A stretch of 64,000 bases of DNA from Octopus sinensis. Taxonomy: Eukaryota. Made by a program: the position numbers and the translations under genes. Below are positions 1 through 13,879 of the stretch, piece by piece. Each line of letters begins with the position of its first letter. Position 1 is the stretch's first letter. The stretch lies in assembly GCF_006345805.1 (NCBI RefSeq), contig NC_043000.1, forward strand, positions 54,994,001 to 55,058,000, read 5' to 3'. The notes beneath the pieces are model-generated. The model worked only from the letters and a program-made list of their open reading frames with translations, was not told where the DNA came from and did no database searches.

Positions 1-514
1 ATATCTAACACAATAATACCAATCTATAAGAACTTTGATAGAAACCGCTAAACATGCGATTTTATTAATTATAATTATATTAATTATAATTAGAAATGTA
101 TTTAATTATAAGAATATTAATTGTTCCAAAGATAATTACAAATTCTTGTTATAATTACCATTATTCTATGGACGACACTAAGAGGGGAAAATAAAGGTGG
201 AGGACATTGAAATAGGATTTCCAATCGCTATTCTTTGTATGTAATATCTTACATCATAATTTGCAAGTTTAAATTTGTCCATATTCATCGATATACTAGT
301 CTGAATAAGAGTTACATGCTGATAACTTCTTCAAGGAATCTGCATTTTAGTACAACTAAATTTTTCATGATTCAAAGGCGACAGGTAAGAGATTATTGGC
401 TACCTCAAAGTAAGAAAAAGAAGGATCGTTTCTATTCTAATTGATGCTGTTGCTTTTGTTTTATTTTGTTTATTTATTTTGGTTATATTGTTTTCGATAT
501 TGTTGATACTTTTG

Positions 515-778
<264 letters not shown>

Positions 779-779
779 G

Positions 780-3024
780 GATTAGCTATGCTCTCGAAGG
801 AAATTTCTGTGTTAGACTGAAAAGAGAAAGGAGAGCTGAAAAGAGAACAAAAATACAGGGCACTGAAAAGGAAGTATAATAGTGAAAGAAAGGGCATGGT
901 AGTGGTAATGGAGGAATTGAAGCAGCGCCTCGTTGCATAGAAAGCAACGATGGTAAGATACGACCAAAGATGAAAGATTACCGCCAGAACAGAAGAGATT
1001 CTATAAAGAAATAAATGGAGAGTGTACACATGAAAAGTTGATACCAGATAACAATGTAAGTCAAAGGTTTTAGAGTGACATCTGGAGCAAAGACAAGGAG
1101 CACAAGGAAGATGCTGAATGGTTGCAAGAACTGAAATAAACAGTAGGCTGTCCAAAACCAGCAGAACTAGACATTTCAGTAAGGGAAGTGAAGGATGAGC
1201 AACTGGAAGGCCCTGGGTCTAGATGGAGTTCAAGGCTACTGGATCAAATGTTTTGGTGAATGTCATGCACAAATAGATGCGCAGCTTAACACCTTGTTAA
1301 ATGCTGACTAAGTGATTCCAGAGTGGTTGACATTGGGTAGGAAACGGACCTAGCAGCATACGGAAGATGTTTAGGGACAGTAGAAATCAGGATGGACATC
1401 TTCCTAGGGGATTACCTGTCCCCAATGATCTTTGTAATGTTCTTCATACCACTAAACCTGTTACTGAGGAAAGCAAAAGCTGGGTATGTATCCAAAGGCC
1501 CCCAACAAAAAGTCAAACGTTTGTTATTCATGGATGATCTCACACTTTATGGTTAAGATGAAACCCAAGTCAATTCCCTCGTTAATACGGTGTATTCTTT
1601 CAGTGCTGATATCAGAATGGAGTTCGGACTGAGAAAGTGCGGTATGTTAGACTTTAAGAGAGGCAAAATCAAATGTATGGACGGGCTATCGGTACCGACG
1701 GGGAGGTTATAAAGCAAATAGAAGAGATGGGCTATAAGTACTTGGGGATTTGGAAAAATAGACAAAATGATGGAGAAAGAAATGACAGAAAAAGTTAAGG
1801 TGGAGTACTTGCGCAGACTGAGACTTTTCTTAAGTTGAAATTAAACGGACGGAATAAGATTGAAGCTATCAACACCTGACTTGTTTCACCCCTTAGATAT
1901 GGAGCAGGGGTAATAGCATGGACAGGGGACGAAATAAACAGCTAAGACAAACGGACAAGGAAGTTTCTAACTAGATATGGGACGGATAGTCCGCCCAAAA
2001 AGTGACACAGACAGACTAGATGTACTAAGGAAAAGAGAGGGAAGAGGACTTATTGTATGTGAACAGAGCATTAGAATAGAAGAGAACAACATAGCATGGC
2101 ATGTAAAAAAATTCCACGCTGTTAATAGAAGTAAGAAGGCCAGGCTTGTGTAGGATGAAAGAATGCAAAAATAAAGCACTGTACAAGCAATTGAAAACGA
2201 TTGAAACTGAAAATAGATGGGTAAAGAAAAGAATGCATAGACAATTTCACAGGGGTATTGAAGATAAGAGAGAGACGGAGAAAAAAGATGGCTGTGAATG
2301 ACTAGAAGTGATTTAAAACCGAAAACGGAGGCTCTAAGCTGTGCAGCACAAGAGCAAGCACTAATAACAAACTACATAAAATACAGAGTAGACAACACAT
2401 CAGTAAGTGATAAGTGCAGAATCTGTGGACAAAACGGTGAAACCGTATGGCATATTACCAGCCATTGTACGCCAGTAACCCAGAAGATACGCCATGACAG
2501 TATAGAAAGGCTTGTCCATTGGACACTTTGCAACAGGTATGGACTTGATAGAGAAGAAAATTGGTACAACCACAAATCCGAGGCCATCATCGAAAATGAT
2601 AATGCGAAGATCTTGTGGGATTTTATGATTCAGTGCAACCATGAGAGTGAGAATAGGAAGCCAAACATAGTTATAATTGAGAAAGAAACCAAACGATGGT
2701 GGGTCACAGATATAGCATGCCCAGCTGACAACAAGGTGTGCGATGAGGAAGAGAGGAAAGTCGATAGGTACGAGAGGTTAGCTTGGGAAATTAAGCAGTT
2801 GTGGTCGATTAGAAAGGTGGAAGTTTTACCAATAATTGTCGGATCCCTAGTAACTCAGTAAAAGTCCCGAGAAGTATATGGAACAAATAAGGGCTGCAAT
2901 AAGGGTGAAGAACTTGCAGTACTGCTTGGAACCGCTCAAAAATAAGAGGTGTTATCTCAATTCGCTGGTAGTGAACTGCTGACACCGTAATACATCTCCA
3001 ACGTTAGAAGCTATGCAAAGCCAG
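780..3024 (+). mobile_element. 5'-truncated, decayed non-LTR retrotransposon with RT, CCHC knuckle and restriction-like endonuclease (R4/Dong-like)
   Basis: Manual translation: EELKQRL (about 910), NWKALGLDGVQGYWIKCF (1201), GDYLSPMIF (about 1408), LLFMDDL (1521), YKYLG (about 1732), REGRGL-like (about 2030). ORF 2298-2861 has CRICGQNGETVWHITSHC, RHD and KPNIV..DIACP (catalytic D appears as N). LLGTA at about 2920. Many stops and frameshifts; ends in (TAA)n. Confidence 0.9.
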
Positions 3025-3029
3025 TAATG

Positions 3030-3107
<78 letters not shown>

Positions 3108-3121
3108 TATATATATATATA
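3025..3121 (+). repeat. (TAA)n followed by (TA)n microsatellite
   Basis: Direct reading; separates two LINE copies. Confidence 0.97.
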
Positions 3122-4308
3122 GTCTGTCATAGAAAGACTATATATACAACGTATAGAAGGTGGTAGAGGCCTTATACAGCTGGAAAGCTACTATCAAATA
3201 ACCACCATAGGACTGCAAAAATATCTACTTCAGAAGGAAGGAAAACTGATACAGATAGCGGCAAAACACGAGCAAAACAAAAGACTGTTCTCAGTATTTA
3301 AGGAAGCTGACAAATACAAACAAGAAATCATACCACCTAATAAACAAGAAGAAGAAGAAGAAGAAGATGAAGAAACAACAAAAGCTATAAAACAAATGAA
3401 ATCCAAACTAAAAATAGAACAGCAACGAACCATGATAAAACGATGGCAAGAAAAGCCCCTTCATGGTAAATACTGAACTAAACTAAACGCAAAAGAAATA
3501 GACAAAGAAAAATCCCAGCAATGGTTGAGAAGCTCAGGACTCAAAGCAGAAACAGAGGGATTTTTAATTGCAGCACAAGACCAAAGCCTCCCCACCAGAA
3601 ATTACCAAAAACATGTAATGAAAAGAAATATTACAAGTAACTGCAGAATATATGGAGATGGACAAGAAACAATAAATCATATTATCTCTAGCTGCCCAGT
3701 CCTGGCTAAGAAGGAATATATTCACAGACATGACAGAGTTGGAACCTACATACATTGGAAGCTATGCCAACATTATGGAATAATAGCAGAAAAAAGATGG
3801 TATAGGCACACACCAGAAAAGGTCACAGAAAACGAGAAAGCAACCATACTCTGGGATATGCCGATACACACAGATAGAGAAATTAAGGCCAACAGATCAG
3901 ATATAGTAGCCAGAGATCATGAAGAAACAAAATGCTTTCTAATTGATGTATCAATACCGGCAGATGACAACGTGGCTCTAAAAGAAATGGAGAAACTCTC
4001 AAAATACAAAGACCTGGAAATAGAGGTAACTAGAATGTGGAATCTGAAAACAGAAACAATTCCTATCATAGTAGGTGCATTAGGCATGATAAAAAAATAT
4101 TCAGACAAATACATAACAAAAACACCAGGACTTACAAACACATATAACATACAGAAAATTGCACTACTAGGCACTGCACACATCCTACGCAGAACACTTT
4201 CCATACAATAACCATCAGAGCATCACAACAAATCACAGCACATACCCAAGGCACACAGAGCTGCGCTCGGTAGTGAAGTGAAAGCACGCTATAAAAATAA
4301 AACTACTG
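3122..4308 (+). mobile_element. Young 5'-truncated R4/Dong-like LINE (second family)
   Basis: One reading frame 3123-4211 with a single TGA at 3474-3476: ERLYIQRIEGGRGL, PLHGKY, LKAETEGFLIAAQDQ, CRIYG..ETINHIISSC, RHD, RSDIV..IDVSIP..KEMEKLSKY, ALLGTAHILR. About 100-bp 3' UTR, then (AAT)n. Confidence 0.92.
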
Positions 4309-4321
4309 AATAATAATAATG

Positions 4322-4370
<49 letters not shown>
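4309..4370 (+). repeat. (AAT)n microsatellite / LINE tail
   Basis: Direct reading. Confidence 0.97.
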
Positions 4371-4888
4371 GTGTTATCATGTAGATTGGAAGTGTTATCA
4401 TGTACATTGTTTTGTCTTGGTATAAAAGATGGGCTACAGCAAATATTCTGCTCAATACCAGCGATTTGCTTGTCAGTTGTTTGACCGTAACCAGTTGAGC
4501 ATGTCCCTTAGTGGCTGACGATATGTGCATCTCTGATCACGAGCAGAAGTAGTGGGGGAGCATCATAGCCATGTGTTGAGAGGGATTCTTTGGGGTTTGA
4601 ATAGTTCACCTCTGGAAACATGGGTGGTTCTTTCAACATCCTTAAACAACCCTTATTCAGGGACCGTTTGAGCGGGATGGGCTACTCAACCTGAAGAAAA
4701 TTCTAACTGGGCCCCACCTGCAAGGTCATGTGCTGTTTATCTTGATATGAGATCACCATGTCGCGCACATATGGTTGTGATGCATGTGCCTGGTGTACCT
4801 TTATCAGACGGGTAGTGATGATGGGGATATTGGGCTTCGTATATTTTACCCCAGTGTCACGTTGATGGCATGAACTGCTCTCTCACTC
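4371..4888 (+). mobile_element. About 520-bp non-coding interspersed repeat with (AAT)n tail, copy 1
   Basis: Colinear with 31158-31654 (shared blocks such as GATTGGAAGTGTTATCA, ATATGTGCATCTCTGATCACGAGCAGAAGT and CATATGGTTGTGATGCATGTGCCTGGTG); followed by (AAT)n at 4889-4915; no recognisable ORF. Confidence 0.85.
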
Positions 4889-4928
4889 AATAATAATAAT
4901 AATAATAATAATAATCCTTTTTTACTGG

Positions 4929-5112
4929 AGGCACAGCGCCTCAAATTTGAGGGGAGGGTAGAAGAGTAGTCTATTACATCGACTCCAGTGTTTCACTGTT
5001 ACTTAAAATATCGAAACCGAAAGGATGAGAGGGATGTCGACCCCGGCGGCATTTGAACTCAAAACGTAATAAAAGACGAAATATTACTTAGAATTTTGTC
5101 AGCTCGCCGCCT
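4929..5112 (-). mobile_element. tRNA-derived SINE with Meta-like central domain, degenerate
   Basis: Reverse strand begins AGGCGGCGAGCTGAC, has B-box-like GAGTTCAAATGCC and a degenerate CTCTCATCCTTTCGGTTTCGAT..AAGTAACAG central block; homologous to 9992-10185 and 44622-44840. Confidence 0.75.
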
Positions 5113-5459
5113 CAAACAGCTCAAACTTTTGAAATTGTTATAATTTGGGTTACGAAAACTGTAAATATTTCGCCTGTAATAATTTGTAAATAGAAACTGA
5201 GTAAAGCTATAGATAAACAGTTGAAAGAGATTGGAATAGAATGTCCTGCTATGTCTTCTCCAGAAGATTTGACTTTTAGGGACAGAGAACTTATCAGATG
5301 GGTTTAATGTTCATGAAAGACTATTGAAAGCTTGTGGATATCTAGAGTTACAGGTAGTAAGAAACCCGATACACACATAAATTCTACCAGGAATAAGAAC
5401 AAATCTGAGTCGAATCAAAAATATTAATGATGATGATGATGATGATGATGAAAGATCTA

Positions 5460-7215
5460 AACGACATTATATACTACATCTTGGACGGATACAGGCAATT
5501 GTAGAAAAGAAGAGGGTGAGGGAGAGGCACAGGAACGAACGGTAAAATCTGCACAACATAAGGTACAAAGGACTGAAAGTAGTTAAAGAAGAACTAAGGA
5601 AGAAAATGAAATCAGTGTAGGGGTAAAATTATAAAAAAATACATATACCAACAAAGAACTAAACCAGCAGAAAAGACTCTTGAAGAGCAACAAAAGAAAA
5701 TTCTATGAAAAACCGAAATGGGAGAGGAGCTTAAGGGAAATAAAATGCCAGATGCCTGAGCATCTGGCATTTCATTTCCCTCTGGGCAGAAATCTGCAGC
5801 AAAGAATTCCAACACAATATAAAAGCAGACAGGTTACTGGAATTTAAGAGAGAAATGGAATATGGAGTGACACAAGAATAGATAACCACGGATAAGAAGG
5901 TTAAAAAAAGATCGATAAAATAGAAAACTTGAAAGTCCCCAGGTCAGGTGGTATCCAGATTTTCTAGCTCAGAAATCTCTTAAGTAAACATTTTTACTGA
6001 CTGAATAGGAAATGGAACGTCGACATGGATGACAAAAGGAAGGACAATGCAAACAAAGGACAAAGAAAAGTCAGCTATTATAGACCTATTGCTTGTTTAC
6101 CATTACTGTGGAATATATTATCAGATGAAGCATATAAAGAGTGAAAAGGGGAATTTATTGTCAGAGGAGAAAAAAAAGGATGTAGAAAGAAACTGAGGGG
6201 GACTGCTGATCTGCTATATAGAAAGTATAGAATATGAAATGAGATATGACTAAGGAAGAAGAAAGTTGCTGTTGGTTGGTTAGGTTACATGAAGATTTAT
6301 GGACAATGTCCCGCAGAACTGGCTCTCGGAGTGTAGGAAGCAAACCTGATATGTGCAAAAACACACCTAAGTAACCTGAAAATACACGGCATTTTCCAGG
6401 GTATCTCTCACTTTCTCTGTCTCTGTGTTTCTGCTTGTCTGCCTGTCTGTCTCTGTTTGTCTGTCTGTCTGTTTGTCTGTCAGTCTCTCTCAATCTCTCT
6501 CCCTTTCTATTACTCTCTCTCTCACTCTCTCTCACTCTCTCTCTCCTTCTCTCTCTCTCTCTTTGTAATTGCGTTAATCCATTTGAGAAAATCCAGGCCT
6601 GCCTATGAGTTGACCAAAATAAAACAGCTCTTCATACGGATGACTTCAAGCTATGTACAGAAAATGAGACAGACCTGGAGTATTTGATCAGATTACTAGG
6701 ACAATGAATTCATATCGAAAGGGAAAGTTAATTATTATTTGTAATGAAGCTTACTTCTATAAGTAACATCGTACGAAACATAAAAGGAATATATACGATT
6801 TAGGAAAAAGGTGACGAAAATCAACTATCTATTAGTTATTGATGAGCTAAAATTCTTTGGTAAGAACGAAAACAACTTCACACTTTAGTGAATAGCATTT
6901 GAATAATCAATGCGAATGTAAGAATGGAGTACTGCATTAAATGTCCCCCACCATTACTATGAAGAAAAGCAATTTTGAAACAAATTAGTAAGGAATTTGG
7001 TTGCACGTATTTCAGATTATTGGAAACCCAAAACATAAAAGCCAAAATATAATGGGAGACACACTGCAAAATGAATGCTTTAGATGTGTCAAAGAATTAT
7101 CAAAAACCTTACTTGTACTGCAAAAATGTCATGACAGCTTTCAACTCCTGTTCAGCATCCATTAACTGTGGGGTATTGATAAGAAAATTAGAAAATTGCT
7201 GATAATGTCTGTGAC
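5460..7215 (+). mobile_element. Heavily decayed R4-like LINE RT fragments, split by a microsatellite
   Basis: Motif relics: KGLKVVKEEL (about 5573), NLKVPRSGGIQIF (about 5925), WMTKGRT and YRPIACLPLLWNIL (6025-6120), KGCRK, and two DD-motif relics (about 6640 and KINYLLVIDELKFFGKNE at about 6820); DKKIRKLL at about 7180. Confidence 0.75.
6406..6562 (+). repeat. (CT)n/(GTCT)n compound microsatellite
   Basis: Direct reading. Confidence 0.9.
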
Positions 7216-7233
7216 GAAATGGATGAGACGAAT

Positions 7234-7424
7234 AAAGATGGAGACGAATCATACGTGAAGCTGTCCTACACCGGATCTGCAGTATTTTTTATATACTCAA
7301 CAGTGCAAGAATTTTAGAAAAAATAAACATTTTTGCATGTCTAATATAATATCCTCCTTTGCGAAAGAAGCGTGGTAAACCACCAAAAAGATGGAGACGA
7401 ATCATAGCTGAATCCGTCCTACAC
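7234..7424 (+). repeat. 38-bp imperfect direct repeat, 153 bp apart
   Basis: AAAGATGGAGACGAATCATA..TGAA.C.GTCCTACAC at 7234-7271 and 7387-7424. Confidence 0.75.
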
Positions 7425-8501
7425 GGAATATATCTATTTGACATAAATCAACAAATCCACTTGATGTAATTATGCATATATATATTAAACATTTCACCCA
7501 TACATGTTACCATTCAACTAATATAGAAAAACATTCACTGTATCGCATTAGTTCTACAAGTATTATTGCGAAGTATTCTACTGATCTTACTCGCCAAAAA
7601 AAATCAGAAGTATCACTTGCAATCTGTTACTACTGCATTTCTAATCTTAAAAACACAGTTGTTTATTTCTCCTCATAACGCAATCTGCGTGAAGTTTGTA
7701 AATGAATAAATCTAATAACGTGAATCAGATTTTTCCTTAATGTAGGATATATTTTCCAGAAGCACGTAGATGCCCGTAAATTTGCACAAATTTATTGATA
7801 ACTTGACTGTAGTTTCCTTTGGCATCGGTGTAATTTTCTTTTATTTCTTTCCCTTTTTATTACTAACTCAATGAACTATTTTCCGTATAAATAAACTGAT
7901 CCCTTGAGGAACGTTTGCGAAATATTAAAACTTTTGTAACATTGTTTTAATTTCAATCTTAGAACAGTTTCAATAGTTTGATTTCCCCCTTGCATAATTA
8001 GCGAACGTAGTGAACAACGAAATTTTGTTAAAAGTATGCAATCGATTCATAAAAAGTAGGACAGGATAATACTTTGTCATGTCATGTTTCATACATCCTA
8101 TCGATTACTATATATGTTACACCAATAATATGCATTGATTAATCCTTAATTAAGAATCTGAAATGTTCTTGAACTAGGAGTGGGAAAATGGTGCCATGAA
8201 CTACAATATATATTTTGAAGTGCTCCGGAATTATTCTTCAACAATTTGTCCCCTATTTCCATCGCCTGTATTGGTACCGAGGTTTTGGAAGAAACATCGA
8301 CTAGCAGTTGTTCGTTGGAAAGCAAGAAATAAACCTAGTTTCATTGAAGTTAATTACTATTGTTTACGATGTCCACTCATTCTGAATTTAGATAAGCCAT
8401 ATCGTTTGTACAGTAACTTTAAAGAAATAACTATTCAAACCTCTAACACATCTGGTAAAGCAAGATTTTGCCTGCTGACTAAAAAGCATTTCCATTCACA
8501 A

Positions 8502-8539
<38 letters not shown>

Positions 8540-9991
8540 GTAGTTATATGAAATCTTTTTGGAAATACAGCTTGAATTTATAAGTATGCTTATATTTTTT
8601 ATTGTTTGCATTTAACTTGTTTCATAATTTCATGATTTTCGAAAGTAATCTAAAAAGAAATCACTTAAACCTTTTCTGTTGTTCTCTTGCATGCCAAAGT
8701 TAGAAAATTCGTCAATTTATATGGAAAGATGTTTGCCTAAATTTCTAGGCTTGATTGATTGAAAATTGTCACAAAGCCAGTTGTCATGACACCATATGCT
8801 ATGAGAATATATGACTCTATGAACGATAGCTGCACAAAATGTAAAGCTGTGTTATGTGATGGTATGACCAGTGTTCCTGTACAGGAGTTACCTTACTATG
8901 AGGGCACTAATTGTGTTAAAATTTGAAGGCTTTCATAATCCCGTAAATGATCTAGAGTTAAATATTCTAGATTATTAGAATAGCCAGATATAGAGATATG
9001 GGTTACTTGCTTCAGTGCGAGTATCAGTAAATTATATGTCTGTATCTGTATATATGGTCGACCACGCATTAGTATGAGTGATTGTAGATAGCAATCGTAA
9101 TCTATCTTTCCAATATGTTGCTTTAGCCTATTCAATGAAGATTTGAATTATTTTTAATAAGCATATTTACATTCTTTGTATCTCCCTTTGTTCCGGAATA
9201 TCGTCAGTACACAAATGAAGTAAGAGATAGCATTTGAAAACTTTTTTATTGCCCACAGATCTAAATATTTTCTAAAATATTCTACAGTTTCCATCCTTGC
9301 AAATAACTGAAAAGTTGCCTTGATTAGAATTCCTAAATCTAATTTAAGCCGTTCCTTTTGCAAGGTATGCGAAGAATAAATTGGGTAATAGCTATCCTTG
9401 TAATCATAAAGATGGATTCGATGAAAATAATTCCAAAATATCCGATCGCGTAGGTATCAAGCAGAAATAATCTAATCCTATTTTACCTGGAGAGAGATTG
9501 TTCAAGATCCATAAATTAGATTTGCGGAAAGAAAAATGTAATGAAGAATGTGTGGAGATTGAACTTATAACGAGATATTTTACAAGGCTTTGACAAAAAG
9601 TCTTCAAAATGATTTCAATTAAGTAACATTAATATTTAACACTCATCACTAATCTAATGCTCTTCTTGGTTCCACAGTGAAATCCTATTTCACGCGTGAT
9701 AGTGAAGGAATTCTGAAACCATATTTCACACATCATTTTCACAATCATTCTACATTCTACATGTATATACGACTATTATCACGGAGTCTTCTGTAATTCT
9801 TGCCATAAATCAATAAAGAACACAGAAATCGCTTTGAGATTTTTGATTAAAAAGTATTTATTTATATCGTTAACAAACTTGTTGTTGTTACATCCGATGA
9901 CAAATACCGGGCTATTTCGAGCTTCATTGTTGTTAAACTACGTGTGATAGTATTCGCTGTCGTGAGTTTCTTAGTGTTTGTTAATTTCATG

Positions 9992-10185
9992 ATTTCAAAT
10001 TTTTGCCACAGGGGCAGCTTGGGTAAGGAAATTAAGTCGATTGCATCGACCTCAGTGTTTCACTGGTACTAAATTTATCGACCACGAAAGAATGAAAGGC
10101 AAAGTTGAACTCAGAGCATAGCTACGGGCGAAAAATCGCTTAGCATTTTGCCCGGTGTGCTAACGATTCTGCCAGTTCACCACTT
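9992..10185 (-). mobile_element. tRNA-derived Meta-like SINE
   Basis: Reverse strand: GTGGTGAACTGGCAGAATCGTTAGCAC (A-box region), GAGTTCAAC, TTTGCCTTTCATTCTTTCGTGGTCGATAAATTTAGTACCAG. Confidence 0.85.
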
Positions 10186-11394
10186 CGATAGTGAGTTGTT
10201 GTAGCCGCCGTTCATTCTTTTTGTTTTGTGACAGCAGTGGTCTGCTGCTGCTGGTTCGCTGCTACTGTCTGCTCACGGCTGTTTGTTGACTGCTGTCTAC
10301 TGTCTCTGGTAGAAGCTAACTGGTGAGAAAATTCACACCAAATATGGCATTGTTATTAGATCCGGTTCAACACAAATTCTTGAATGGTCAGATTTTTTTT
10401 ATGACGCTAGTAATATTTTAACGAATCCCGATCCTGCTTTTTAATTGTGCAAGCTCTAATGCTATGTCCCCATTTGGGATTTTTTTTCTGTTTGGCAGCA
10501 CCTGCGGAAATTTTAAAGTTTTGTGAAAATTTTCAAATTTGGTTTATTGATTGGATTTAATTGAATTCATTTACAAAATTAATCCCCTTTAATTTTGCTC
10601 AGATTGTTTTCTATTTTGGTGTATCGGTGCAATTCTGAATTTTGATTTCGCTCAACTAATTACTTTATGTCGTAAATTAAAGAATCTGATGTTATTTGGA
10701 ATTAAAGTTGGGGCATTTGTGTAATTTTAGCCAATTTCACCTGCACGTTGTGTTGAGTTTTCACACCACGAGATTCACTTCACCCGCGTGTTCTGTTTTA
10801 ATAAAAATTTATATTTACCAATTAGAATTTTATTGTAGGTATTTTACGTGAATTGTCTTAATATTTTACATATTTTTCATATATATTTAACATATATTTG
10901 GTGAAGCTTTTTTTATTAACTCTTATGTGTTTGTTTGTTTTATCCACATACCATTTAATTGTGGGTAGATTTTGAAAACTCTGAAGGAGATTTTGAAAAC
11001 ACAGGTGGATACAGTAAATTATTTGCAAAGGCAGAACATGCATAAGAAAGTGATTCATGGGAAGTTGTATTGGCGGTACACTCGCAATGGTTGCAACAAA
11101 TAAATGCCTGTCAGTTTAAATCCAGGTCAGGCCAAAATGAGCCATTCTGTATTTTTATTGAAGATATAGAACATCATTATTTAATGTGTCTTTAATTTAA
11201 TAAATATTAAAGCATAGTGTGGGGGAGATTTGGCTGTTATTTCTAGCAAATTGAACAACCGCACGGAGATTATCTCATTGGCTCATTTGCTGATGTGTAT
11301 AAGTAAACAAGAACTAAAAGAAATGGATCTTCATCTGTTTCTAGGATGAGCATTCCAGTTGTATGATCAAATGAACTGGCTACACATTCAACTT

Positions 11395-11512
11395 GTATTT
11401 ATTTTATCAACCCTCAAAGAATCAAAGGCAAAGTCAACCTAGGTGAAATTTGAACTCAGAATGTAAAGCATTTTACCCAGTGTCCTAATGATTTTGTCAA
11501 CTTGTAGTCTTA
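11395..11512 (-). mobile_element. Partial Meta-like SINE
   Basis: AAAGGCAAAGTCAACCTAGGTGAAATTTGAACTCAGAATGTAAAGC matches the other copies. Confidence 0.65.
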
Positions 11513-13611
11513 TGGTTACGCATTACATTAGCATATAACTGGCTGAGTATACCACAGAACACATCACATGCACATATATATTAATGATGTACACAAATAC
11601 ATGACAGATATACATAATAGTGAAATGCGCATAAAGTAAACACCTGCAGACAAATATATTATTATAACAAATTTAAAAAGATAATAATTACATACAAACA
11701 ACTATAGAATTCAATGAAGAGACAAAAGAAACAGTAAGATGATACGTGTTGACATTATTAGGTAACAGGTCATTTCACAGACGATAAACTATAAATTTCA
11801 CAGATTATAACCTTAAAGTTGACACCGCTACAACGCAGAAAATTTCTGTTGGCTAAAAATATACATTTTTTGGATTTTTAAACGTCTGTAACTTTTCCGT
11901 CAGATTTTCTCTTCACAAGAACATGGCTTCACAGGAATAAGAGTGGAAAACTGCGTCAATATAACTGATTTTCAGATTTTTTACTTTCTTTTTAAAATGG
12001 AGATTCTGTGAATGAATTTAACTAGATCCTGTTAATGTAATTTTACATGCTGAATCTCAGGGGATATTTAACTTTCTCCAGAAAAAAAGTTTGATCATTT
12101 TTATCCAGTCGCAAAAACAAGATTTGGAAGATCTCACGCACAAAATGACAGCACGTGCTGTCAGCTCTAAACAAATGAAATACAAGCGGAATTCTGCTTT
12201 ACGCATGACATGTATCACCACATAGCTTTGTTTTCTATTTTGATATATTAGAAAATTTTTGTTAATTTGTATTCAACACACGGTAATTATTACGCTTATG
12301 CAGTAAAAAAAACCACAAAAACAATGTTGGTGCGTGATTTAAGGCCTATTTAGCTGTTATTTTTAGCACATCTCACGATCAACTCATACATCGTGTTTCA
12401 CGCATTGAATAAGCGAAAAATGACCACGTAGCTTGACAGGACCAAAATAGAGAGGTAAACAGCTTGTTATCAGCTTGCCTTGTTACTATGGAAACAGGAC
12501 TGTGGCTTTCGATTGATAAAAATTACCCCAAATTTGCACACTTTAAAAGCCATGACTCTTTATTTATGGATTTATGGCGAAAATAAATTTCATGTCAATG
12601 ATCCCCTTACAAAACTGCCCCAATCGGCCCCATATGAAATCAACTGGAATCAAAGAAACTGAAAAGTGGCATCGAAACAGAAAAGATCCGGTCCCCGACA
12701 ACTGGTATGTGTATATAAACATTGTTCAAACCTCTTATACACACAGGCACACATCTTATATACAGGCACGCCCACGTACACATACACACAGGCACGCACA
12801 TATACATTATTAGCTTTTCGGATATGAACTAAGACATTCAAAGAACAGCAGACTATTATAGTAAAATAAATAGATATAGCATTTCCCCAAAATTTAGTAT
12901 TATGGGGCGAAAATTTGCATCTTAGGATATCTTAGGATGTATCTCAGATATAACACAAGAATTATTTGTCAGACGTTATATATTTTATTGTTATAAATTG
13001 GTGAATTTCGGTTTATAATAAATTACACGTCCCCGAAATGCAACTACATTAACTGAAAACCATCCGGTCTTTTATCATTTCGTTCTTTTATTATTTGCTC
13101 ACACCTCTGAAATAACAGCCACGGTACACACTTAGACGTAATGTAATGCTATGGATGTCAGACATCTTGGGATGTTATATATTATATAGAGACTAATATT
13201 TACATTTGCTTTGGATGACTTTGGATTTTAGAGGTTGAGAAAATAAGTATCATTCAGTTAGTTGGAATGTGGAGTGGGGCTCGATATAATACGGCATGCC
13301 AATCCCAAAAATATGTCAACTAAAATAGAATTTGATACCAAAATTGGTACAATGTTATACTTTTATATGTTATTCATATCATTGTATTGATTTAGCTTCT
13401 TTGACGTTTTTGCTATAATTTATCATTCTTGCCCCAAAGTAACCTCTTTTTCTTCCTGAATTGCAAATAAACAGATTCCCAAATGTCTGTCAATTATTTA
13501 TAAGTTAAAAGGGAGAAATAAATCACTTTTAAATGTGTAATACTAGATAATAAAAGATGATGGTTTCCATGCTAAAGAGTACTAATTATCACGCTTCCAT
13601 CCCCACTCATC

Positions 13612-13614
<3 letters not shown>

Positions 13615-13644
<30 letters not shown>

Positions 13645-13674
13645 TGTATGTATGTATGTATGTATGTATGTATG

Positions 13675-13714
<40 letters not shown>

Positions 13715-13719
13715 TATAC

Positions 13720-13750
<31 letters not shown>

Positions 13751-13755
13751 GATAC

Positions 13756-13800
<45 letters not shown>

Positions 13801-13830
13801 TACACGTACACAAACATAGATAGATACATA
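13615..13830. repeat. (TATG)n/(TA)n/(CA)n compound microsatellite
   Basis: Direct reading. Confidence 0.95.
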
Positions 13831-13879
13831 CATACATACATTTACATCACTGTAATGAACCTTTATTCTGGCAGATTAA

